DNA of 64,000 nucleotides. Origin: Balamuthia mandrillaris (taxonomy: Eukaryota). The translations under genes were made by a program, and so were the position numbers. The notes beneath the pieces were generated by a model. That model was not told the origin of the DNA and did not search any database. It worked only from the letters and a program-made list of their open reading frames with translations. Position 1 is the first letter of the stretch. Each line of letters begins with the position of its first letter. Positions 1 to 11,667 of this stretch are shown in pieces. The stretch lies in contig JAVKOQ020000033.1 of the NCBI GenBank assembly GCA_031835245.2, positions 62,001-126,000 on the forward strand, read 5' to 3'.

Positions 1-413
1 GGGGTGCTCCACCACAACCAGGGGCACAACCAGGAGGGGAAGAACGAAAAGAAGAAGAGCCCAAGGGAGAGCCCCAACGACCACAGCCCACTTCTGTTCG
101 GATCACCACGCTGGGCTTCTTCCTGAAGCCGGTCGAGAGGGAGTTTCCCTTGCATGCCGTTCGAGAGTTTAGGGGCTATGGCCCAGCAGCCAGGGAAGGA
201 ACGTGGCAAGTGGCCCGTGAAAACAAGATGTTCACCATGCTCACCGCAAAGCCCCCTCCATCAGAGTCCTCCTCCTCGCCTATCTCCTCTGCGCACATGT
301 ACTACTCCCTTGAGAACACGCCTGAGTCCAACGTGAAGCGGCCTGAACTGTTGCAGCTGATACTGGATGGCGGACTACCACCAAGCCAGAGCGATACTGC
401 ACCACAACAATGA
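1..413 (+). CDS. 3' part of a gene entering from the left edge; unknown protein, weak resemblance to the C-terminus of TMEM70/TMEM223-type proteins
   Basis: Open frame from position 3 (GAPPQPGAQ...SVRITTLGFFLKPVEREFPLHAVREF...) to TGA at 411-413, with coding-like GC content. The family guess rests only on the 'ITTLGFF..VEREF' segment. Confidence 0.55.
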   Translation, partial: GAPPQPGAQPGGEERKEEEPKGEPQRPQPTSVRITTLGFFLKPVEREFPLHAVREFRGYGPAAREGTWQVARENKMFTMLTAKPPPSESSSSPISSAHMYYSLENTPESNVKRPELLQLILDGGLPPSQSDTAPQQ

Positions 414-601
414 TCAGCATTAGCATCAGCAAACTCCTTCTCAAACAGCAGATGGAGACGAGAGAAGCAGCGTACCATTACACATAAACAAACTCTAAAC
501 AAAAAAAAACCAAAGGTCTGTTTGTTGCTTTGTACACGCGTAGCAGTTATATACCTGGTGAGGCAGAGCAACCAAGGGTCATGCAGAAGTGACTCACCTG
601 C

Positions 602-1870
<1,269 letters not shown>

Positions 1871-2023
1871 CTCTTTACTCTTTTGCAATGCAGTGATGCT
1901 TGTTTGTTCTAATCCTCTTGTCCTTGTTCTTCTTCTTTGCTTCCTTCTTGCCTTGCCTTGCGTCTCTTACTTTTCTTTTGTGAAAAACAAAGAGAGAGGG
2001 AGAGAGAGAAAAGGTTTTTGTGT

Positions 2024-2266
2024 TTATTCTTGTGAAGGAGAAGAAGGCTCATCCTGGCGTCGTTGCTCGTGCCGTTCGTGGGCCTCCGCGATGGCCTGCC
2101 CGTGGGGCACCGAGCCTGCTTGGCGCAGTGCGGCCAGCTGTTGGTCGATGGCGTTCGCTAGCTCTGCCGAGATGACCGTCTCCTTGGGATCTCCTTCCTG
2201 CTCCCATGGCAGGCGTTGCTTCTCGCCGCTCGTCGTGGTGGTGGTGGTGTTCCTGGCTTCGCTCAT
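2024..2266 (-). CDS. Small intronless 80-aa hypothetical protein
   Basis: MSEARNTTTTTTSGEKQRLPWEQEGDPKETVISAELANAIDQQLAALRQAG...SQE*. GC3-rich codons, flanked by AT-rich spacers on both sides. Confidence 0.6.
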   Translation of the reverse strand: MSEARNTTTTTTSGEKQRLPWEQEGDPKETVISAELANAIDQQLAALRQAGSVPHGQAIAEAHERHEQRRQDEPSSPSQE

Positions 2267-2409
2267 CTCTCGTTTGGAAGAAATACACAAAAAAAAAAAA
2301 GACAATGAAAATGTTTTTGGTTTTTCGATTGAGTTTTTTATTCGTAGCGGCCGTCTGGATTGGATGGATGAGTTTTGTTCTTCTTGTTTTTGATGGATGG
2401 GTTTCAACT

Positions 2410-2995
<586 letters not shown>

Positions 2996-3430
2996 TTATA
3001 TTTGTTTTTTTTGTTGTGGTGTGTGTATTTTTTTTTTGTTTAAAAAAAAACAAATAGATGGTATATATAATCGGAGAAGAAAAGTTGAGTAGGAGAAGCC
3101 TGGAAATCTCAACTCTTGGCTGCTGTTCCTTTGTCTCTTATTATTTTGGTGGTGGTGGTGATGCGGCCCAAAGAGAAAAAAGAAAGAAGCGACGACGACG
3201 ACGCAGTGAAATTTTTTTCGTTTCAGGGAAACATTTTTTTTTTAGTTGGCTGAAGGGTGCAGCCTTTGTGCTCCGCTCGTGCAGGAAACTCATTGCCACG
3301 TCGGCTTTGCTGCAATGTTTCTGCAGCAGTCGTGCTCGTTGAAAGTCCCTTCCGCAAATTAAAAGAAGTGAAGAGAGAGAGAGAGAATAAAGAATTGAAG
3401 AGAAAAGAAGTGCTTTGTGGCCCATCCATC

Positions 3431-5141
3431 ATGGGAAACACTGTTACCGCGCCTGCTGGCAAAGGAGAGGAGAAGAAGAAAAAGAAGAGCCAAGAGGAGG
3501 AGGAGGAGGAGGTGGAAGAGAAGGAGGAAGAACAATATGGCACCAGCACGCACGCCCCTCCGGGCTCTGAGAAAAGCAAGTCATGGTTCAAGCGGCGGCA
3601 TCAGAAGAGGAAGGAGGAGGAGCGTCGCCTCAGCGGCACTGCCTTTGAGTCGCAGGCCCTAAGAGAGGTCAGGAAGAGACAGAAAGAAAGGGAGAAGAAC
3701 AAGAGGAAGACGGACAGCGTGGCCGAGAGAGAGCCCTCCTCCTTGTGGTTCTTGGAAAAGAGCCCCTCGTCTTTTGATGAAGTTCGTCACAAACACTTTC
3801 AGCCAAAGGCAAGTCGAAGCCTGAACCTCTCTGAACAGGAGGAGAGTGGCTTTGGGACGTGGTACTGCCTGCCTGCCGAGGCCAAGCTGCAGATACTCTC
3901 CTACCTGCCGCCCACCGACCTTTCCTCCATTGCCTGCTGCTCTCGCTCCTTTTTCTGGCTGAGCTCTGATGACATGCTGTGGAAGGTTACCTCTTGTTCT
4001 CCTTTCTTTTTTCTCCTTGCAAGCCCTCTTCTTTCTTGTCTTCCTTTGCGGACCAGTTTATTCGTTCTGCTTCACCATAGAGCATTTATCAAGAAACGGA
4101 TTGGTTGAGCGTGTTGGACCTGCCTCAGCCCACCAGAGAGGGCCAGCGGTGCTGCTGGAAGGGCAGTTTCTTGCTGAACTGGCAACACGAGGCGCCACGA
4201 CGCCTCATGAGACGAAAGGCCATCCTACGAGACAAGATCGTGGCTCAATACCGTGAGGAAGAGGTCTCTCCTCCTATCTCTGTTTTCTCTTCTTTTTCTT
4301 CTTCTTCTTCTTTCTGCTTCTTTCTTCTTCTTCTTCTTCTCCTTCTCCTTCTCCTTCTCCTTCTTGTTCTCCTTCTTGTTCTCCTTCTTCTTCTCCTTCT
4401 TCTTCTCCTTCTTCTTCTTCTTCTTCTTCTTCTTCTTGTTCTTCTTCTTCTTCTTCTTCTTCTTCTTCTTCTTCTTGTTCTTGTTCTTCTTCTTTTTGTT
4501 CTTCTTGTTCTTGTTCTTGTTCTTCTTCTTGTTCGTGTTCTTCTTCTTCTTCTTCTTCTTCTTCTTCTTCTTCTCTCTTCTCTCTTCTTCTTCTCTCTTC
4601 TCTCTTCTCTCATCTATCGTCTTTACTTACTTCTATTCTCTGCAAACAGGAGCAACTCAAAAGTCAATACCTGGCCAAGAAAAAGAACTTGGAGGATCTC
4701 CGCTCCGGTGCCATGGTCTTCTTCGGCCTCGTTCTGCTCATCCTCTTCCGCCTCCTTCATCTGTGGTGGCTCATCTTGCTTCCCTTTCACGGCCTCTACC
4801 GCCTCTTCCTTCTGCCATCCACCTTTCTCTTGGCAGAGTCTCTCCCAAAGCTGCACCTTGTCATCGACTGGGGTTTCTTCCTCTGCTTCCGCCTGTGCTT
4901 TGTCGTTGCGTTGGGTGCGGTTTTGTTGCTTAGCGGCATTGGCCTCTATTTTGGAACGAAGAGACTCTTTCGATGGATCGATCCTGTTAAGTATGATGAA
5001 AGAGGTTTGAAAGAGGTCCTTGACTATCAGATTTGCAACCTGAACGCCAAAATGAAGGCCGAGCTGCAGCGCAACGGCTGCAATACTTGGATTATTGGAG
5101 AGCCTGTTCCTCGCAAGACTACAGCATGCATTCTCTTTTAA
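3431..5141 (+). CDS. F-box protein with C-terminal transmembrane segments and CaaX box (3 exons)
   Basis: F-box-like WYCLPAEAKLQILSYLPPTDLSSIACCSRSFFWLSSDDMLWK. Introns at about 3986-4080 and 4264-4649 keep the frame. Hydrophobic stretches in the last exon; the protein ends TACILF*. Confidence 0.8.
4296..4612. repeat. (CTT)n-type microsatellite in an F-box gene intron
   Basis: Long CTT/CTC/GTT tract between the GT at 4264 and the AG at about 4649. Confidence 0.95.
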
Positions 5142-5208
5142 GCCTCTCGCTTTCTCTCTGTAAAAGCGCAAGAAAGAAGAGAAAAAAGGAAACAAAGGTT
5201 CGTTTTTC

Positions 5209-5583
5209 TTAGTGAACGGCAGATAGAGGTTGATGAGACGAGCTGCCTTCGGCGTCTTTATCACTGGCCCGGTGGTTGATGCTGTAGGGAAGTAGGCGAG
5301 AGCCGATACTGAGGCCGCCGCTCCCCATAGCCAGCAATATCCATACCAGAAAGAAGTTGAATGGAAAGGCAAGTCCGTTCTTCAACGACCACGAAAATAG
5401 CATTCCTGTTTTTATTTGTTTGTTTTTGTAATGAGCTAAAGTAAATCATGAGAGAAACAAAAGAAAGACGATACCAGTGGTGGCAGGAGAAATAGCACGA
5501 CTTAGAGCTACTCCGGTTTGGGCGAGACCGTTGACAGCGCCCAAGTCCTTCCGCGTTGCTGAATTGTTTATCTGTTTTCAAGA

Positions 5584-5621
<38 letters not shown>

Positions 5622-8410
5622 AGTTACAAATGAGATCACAGCTAAGAGGAGAGGGAGAGTTTGCGCGAGAGAGGAAAGATATAAACGTACGAGCAACATT
5701 ATGGAAGTAAATGCAAGAGCGGTGGAGATAGAGCGAGCACAAATAACCAAAAGTACGGCTATCCATATTACAACTATGCCCAGCCCCGCACGTGCGATCA
5801 GGTTGATGCAAGGATAGGAGATAAAGAGAGGACAGGTCAAGGCACATCCTATCATGAATGCTCTTCTGGCTCCTATCCGTTTGTCCACATAAGGATAGAT
5901 GAACAAGTTGAACACTATCAACCTATTCGTTTTTTTTGTTCACATTAGTTTCTGCTTGCTTTTGCCATTATGTCTAGTGTTTATGCTTAGGGGAAAAATA
6001 TAAAACTTACCCGATGCCACCAATGGTAATCGCCAACCCCACTTTGGAGGAGTTGAAGTCCAATCCACCGGTCTCTATACTTTCAATGGCCCACAGTGAT
6101 ATCAGTTCCTGTGGTGCGAGAGCAAGAAAGAGAGTCAAAGAGAGAGAGAGAGAGAGAGAGCGAGAGATTAGAAAGATTAAAATAATTGAAAAAAAAGAAG
6201 CAAGAAAGAGTTAAATACGTCATAGGCCACATGGACGAGGCCAAGAATGGCATAAAGGAAACTGCTAGCAACAACAGCCCGGTTCCGAAGCAACCGCGTC
6301 ATCTTACTCTTCTTTATTCGTTGCCAATACCTCCGTAATGCACTGTAAATACCAGCCTCCATCTTCATCCCCTTCTTTCCAGGTGAAGAAACCGACGCCG
6401 CCAAATCCCGTTTGCTCTTCTTGTCCATAGCTTGCATCATCTCTTCGTCTTCATAAATGTTGTTCTTATTGTTGCCTGCTATCGCTTTTTCTTCATCGTT
6501 TTCGCTTAATACCTCTCCATTTTCGTCGTCCGATGATAATGTCGTGACTGAAAAGGTCTTTATTTCTTGTCCCTCTTCTGGCAGCCGTTGGAAGCCAGGT
6601 TGTTTGCTTGGCAAAGTTTCCGTTAGGAAAAAGAAGCCTATTACCAGCCCCACGAGTGTAACTATAGTATAACTTATCGTCAGGTGATGAAATAGCAATA
6701 GTAAAAGAAAAAAAGAGCAGCAATTGAAAGAATGGAAACAATGCAAAAAACGCAAGAAGTAGAAGAAGCAGAAGCAGAAGAAGAACAAGAAGAAGAAGAA
6801 GAACAAGAACAAGAGGAACAAGAAGAAAAACAAGAACAAGAACAAGAAGAACAAATAAAAACGGTAGAAATAGAGAGAGTGAGAAGATAAATGTACCACA
6901 AGCAGAGACAAAGCAAGGAAGAACATAAGGATGATGGTCGAGGAAAGAGTCCTCAGGGAAAAGCAAGGGATACTTCTGAGCTGGTCGGCTCAACAAACCA
7001 CCAATAGCTGGGCCAACTATAGTTGAGAAGCCCATTGTTAAACCCAACAACGAAAAGCCTTTCGCCTTATTCATTTTTAAAAAAGTAAGGCAATGTTGAT
7101 TTCGTTAAATGGCGAGAAAGAAAATAGAAAACAAAGGACAAAGAAAGATAAACGAAAAGAAAAAGAAAAAGAAAAGAGACCTGATTGCTTTCATCGGTAA
7201 CTTCTCCTAAATAACATTTACAAACGCCGATGTTGCCATTCAGTAGCCCATGCATTGTCCTACTCACAATAGCCCACGTTAGACTATGCGAAAAGCCAAA
7301 AGCGAGTGCAGATATCATGTTGCCTATTTTTTTAAACCAATAATAAATAAGAGAGAGAGAGCGCAGAAACAGGAGGACACAAATAAAAAGGAACACCAAA
7401 GGCAACAAGTTGTTACCAATCAACCCAAGCAGCAGAACGGGCCGTCTGCCGATGTTATCCGAGAGCCATCCCCAAAAGAAACTCGACGCAAATTGGGCCA
7501 AGAAGAAGGAAGAAGCGATCCAGCCTACATAGAATGGGACTTCTTTCTGTTTGTTCATAAAATGTGAGAGAAATGAAAAAGAAAAGCAAGAAAGAGAGGC
7601 GAGAAAACAGAGAAGAGAGAGAACAAGCAGCCATACCGTGTCCTCAGTAAGGTGAAAGTCAGCGACCATGAACGGCACAAAAGGAAAGATCATGGTGATG
7701 GCAAAGCTCTCCGAGATGAGAATGCAGGCCAGCACCACAATTTTCATCTTTGGTAGTGGCGTTGGTGGTCGTTCTTCTGTTGTTTCCGTTATATCGGGAG
7801 AGAGCTTTTCAGAATCGAAAGTGTGTTCATCATCTTCCTCTTTTCTGTGGCCTTTCTCAAGTAGATCGTGCTTTAAATTATCTTCTATCAAACGAAGTTT
7901 TAGATGGCAGTTAAACGAAGAGAAGAACAAGCTTAAGAAGTAGGACAAGCAGAAAAAGGGACCAGAAGGAGGAGCAAGAAGAAGAAGAACAAGAAGAAGA
8001 ACAAGAAGAAGAACAAGAACAAGAAGAACAAGAACAAGAACAAGAAGAAGAAGAAGAACAAGCGAAAGAAGAAGAAGGAGGACCAAGAAGAAGAAGAAGA
8101 AGAAGAAGAACAAGAACAAGAAGATGAATAAGAAAAAGAAAAAGAAAAAGAAGGAGAAGGAGGGAGAAAGAAAAAGAAGGAGAAGGAGGGAGAAAGAAAA
8201 TGACTACAACAAGAGAGAAACAAAGGCTAAGAACAACAACATAAAAAAAGAAGCTTCAAAAAAAAGCAAACCATTTGGATGATATTGATCAAGTTCTTCA
8301 GCTTGTTCGATGGAACTCAGTCCTCCTCTGGGCAGCTCCAACGAGGAACGTGTGGAGGAGTCCAGCAGCAGGCCGGCGCTTTCCTCCTCCGCATTGGCAA
8401 AACGACCCAT
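5209..8410 (-). CDS. Major facilitator superfamily transporter, ZIFL/tetracycline-efflux-like (multi-exon)
   Basis: PTPLPKMKIVVLACILISESFAITMIFPFVPFMV, motif A WGWLSDNIGRRPVLLLG, GLLNGNIGVCKCYLGEVTDESNQ, GPAIGGLLSRPA and LGAVNGLAQT. Ends ...QPLSAVH*. Confidence 0.9.
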
Positions 8411-9073
8411 CTGTTTATTTGTTTTATTCTTTTCGTCAGCTCTTGTATGTCTCTCATCAACAAGGGAAAAAAAAAGTGAGAAAAAAGAAGAAGAGACTCA
8501 AAAAAAATAATTCAAAAAAAATAATTCAAAAAAAAAAAGACCATACGATGAGTCTTTGTAAAAGTTATTCCGGTTTCACAAGGAGGTTAGGGTATGTGCG
8601 CGTCTTCTTTCTTTTGTTTGCCAGCTATCCCTCCTCCTCCTTCTTCTTCGTCTTCGTCCGGTTGGCCGAGAGAGATGAATGGAACCGCATAGCGCCTTTT
8701 CTTCTTTCCTTTGCGAAGTTTTACGAACCCATTGTTCTGATTTTCCCGAACTTTACATTCTCCCGAAATTACCATATGGAGGCATATATCATCATGACGA
8801 CACGGATAAAATTCCTTTGAATTGGCACGTGGGAAACTTTAAGGAGTGTTTAAGGTGGAATTCTGGGAATCTCGGGAATGCACATTCTTGTCTTTGAAAA
8901 AGGTAAAAACGCAAATTAGGAAAAACGTCTTTTGAACGGACAACGGAATCACAAAACAATAAAAAAGAGCTCTCGTTGTATTTTTTCAGTTGTGAATCAT
9001 CCTCCCGGACTGTTGCGCCATTCGCTTGTTTATCACGGGCATAGCTGTCCTAGAAAATCTGAAAAACTCAGTA

Positions 9074-9837
9074 ATGGCGGTGGAGTTGGACGATATAGAC
9101 CCTAGTGTGATACAAAGGGTTCAATTGGAACAAGTTCAGGAGGAGTCGGACGCTCGGTACCGTTTGTACGAGGATAACTACCCCGCTCAAGTCTTTGAGG
9201 ACCGGTTGAGCGCGGACGAGTTTCATGAGCTCGTTGGTCGCGTCAACGAAGGCTTTCGACCCATCATAGAGGAAGAGCAAGCAACCGCGAAAAGTTGGAT
9301 GTTCAGGTATCTTCGTTTCGTCTCTCTTTTAATACTTTTTTGAACGAGTTATTGTCTTGTTATTTAACAAACAAAAATAGTTTTATTTGTTGTGTTCCAG
9401 TCTTGGCAGCGAAGCAAAACAAGTTGGAGAAGAAGGAGACCATTGTGAAGGAGGAGATGGCCACAGTGCTCCGCACCTTTAACCAAAAGCACATGCAGGA
9501 CGGCGTGGAGGTGGATCTCATCACCCGCAACGACGACGGCAGTTCCTTTCTCGAGTTTACCGTCTTTGATCCAAAAGTAAGGCGTCAAAAAATGGAAGAA
9601 GATGCAGAAGCCTATGAAGAAGAAAAAGAAGTCAAAGGAGGAGGAAAAGGAGGAAAAGAGGAGGAGGAAAGCAGTAGCAGCAGCAGCAGTAGTAGTGACG
9701 AAGAGGAGGAAGAGAAGAAGGAAGAGACAAAGAACAAAGAAAAAGTGGAAGAGAAGGAAGACAGTGAGAGCGAAAGCGATAAGAAAGCGAGCGAAGATAG
9801 TGAGGAGGAGTCAAGCAGCTCTGAAAGCGACGAATAG
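9074..9837 (+). CDS. Erf4/Golgin-A7-like protein with acidic tail (2 exons)
   Basis: YPAQVFEDRLSADEFHELVGRVN...FICCVP...LRTFNQKH resembles the Erf4/GOLGA7 pattern. Intron 9308-9380. Family call is from recall. Confidence 0.55.
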
Positions 9838-9989
9838 CTCGAACTTGACTGTTTAGAGAGAAGAGGAAAAGGCATAGTTCGAATATCTATCTTTCTTTCA
9901 AATAAAAATATATGTTTTGTAAAGTTTAGTGTTCAAAAAAAAGTTGTTTCTTGTTGTTCTGAAAAAAACAAACCAAAGAAACGAATAAC

Positions 9990-10556
9990 TTAGTACCAAG
10001 CATACTTAACATGAGAGGAAGATTTAGAGTTTAACCGCCAATCGTACTCGTAATACTTGAGAGTGAGCTCTTTGAGGTTGTGTGTTTTCAAGAAGTCTTG
10101 TACTTCCCATGAATATAGAGACAAAAATACTTTCACTGATGTATATTGTTTTTCAAAATCGGCCGCAAACCTGACAAAAATAGAGCCAAAAGAAGAAGCA
10201 ATTAACAAGAGAAGGAAGAGAGCATAGAACAGATAGAAGAGCGAACAGAGCAAATAGACGAGAAAGCGAAGAGAATGATGTATGAAAAACGGAGGTGGAT
10301 TGTGAAATAAAAAATGAAACATACCAATCAAAGATGGCGGAGACAGTGGCGACGCCGCTGTCCGAGTTGAGCTCCAATCCCTTTCCGGTCGTGTTCAAAA
10401 AGGCCTCAGCTGAGGTATTCATCTGCGCGTCAAGTATGGAGGGATGGTAAGCGTAGGCTTGCAGGTTTGGACACGATACGGATGCACAAACTATGCAAGT
10501 GTGAATGCGGTAGTCGCCCATGTTTCTGAATAGAAAAAAGACGCGTTGAACATCAC

Positions 10557-10595
<39 letters not shown>

Positions 10596-10620
10596 CAAGA
10601 AAGGAAACAGAAGAGGAGAG

Positions 10621-10669
<49 letters not shown>

Positions 10670-11323
10670 CGCGCGAGAGAGCGAGAGGACCAACAAATAA
10701 ACAAACATACCGAAGGGTCGTTTCAACGTCATCGAGGCTGTAGGTCTTGCCGGCCACTTTGCCAACGGGCAACACCCAGTTGGTCTTGCCATAGGCGCCC
10801 ACGTCCCGGATGCTCCGTATCGGCCAACAGAAGCGGCCAAACTGGACCTTGCAGGGGTTCTCCACCACCATTTTGACGGCGAATGCGTTGTAGACGTTCT
10901 TTTTGTTTTTGTTCGTTTTTTTCACGTTAAAAAAAATAATAAAGTTAAAAAGAAAACGAAAACGAAAAAGAAAAGAAAGAAAAAGAAAAAGAAAGAGAAG
11001 AAAAAAATAAAGGAGTAACAGATGAGAGATATATGTAAAGAAAACACACGCACGATCCAAAAGGCAAGCTGGTCTTCCCGTGTGGTCAGAGTGGAGAGAT
11101 CCGCTTTCTCCACGGCCTCCAAGTAACTGTAGAAAAGGGGCTCCTGATTTCGCCGCAACGCCTCGTAGTCGAACACGTTCTCTTTGATGCCCGCGATCTC
11201 CCCGTTTGTATCTACATATTTTTTCAACACCGCGTCCCAGTCCGAGTGGTTGAACGCTCCGCGGACCGTACAAGGCCACGCCAGGACCACCACCAACAAC
11301 AAGAGCAACGAGAGCACTCTCAT
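9990..11323 (-). CDS. Secreted DUF547-domain protein (4 exons)
   Basis: Signal peptide MRVLSLLLLLVVVLAWPCTVRG, then HSDWDAVLKKYV, QLAFWINVYNAF, YSLDDVE, DYRIHTCIVCASVSCP, VSAIFDWFAADF and YYEYDWRLN, which are typical DUF547 motifs. Confidence 0.9.
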
Positions 11324-11667
11324 CGCAAGCCTTTTTTTTCTATCTCTTTTTCTTTTTCTTTTTCTTTTTCGTGATTATTCATGACGACATGGATCAAAGT
11401 ACGATAATTATCTCCCATCATCGTCGATAATTCAAGTTTTTTTGATAGGTATATCATGACGACATGAAAAATGGCGATAATCGTCCCGATTATTCAGGGA
11501 ATGAATGATTTGATAATTTAAAATGGTTAAAAGTTAAAGCGCGAAATAAGAGAAAGCGAAGCAAAGAAATGTGTGAAGTGAATGTAATGAAGGAAGAGTG
11601 GGATTAAAAAAATAATACAAATATGTGTTTTAAAAAAAAATAACAATGGTGATGAAGGGCTGCTTCA

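Noticed and set aside
4105..5010. Poly-L/F/R ORFs here, and similar ones at 7933-8223, 17958-18490, 46650-47671, 49063-49468 and 54965-55518
   Set aside because: They are stop-free intronic repeats read through, not proteins.
9308..9380. Intron with donor GTATCTTC and TTTAAC near the 3' end, as a second U12 candidate
   Set aside because: Both signals deviate from GTATCCTT/TCCTTAAC and are compatible with a major-class intron.
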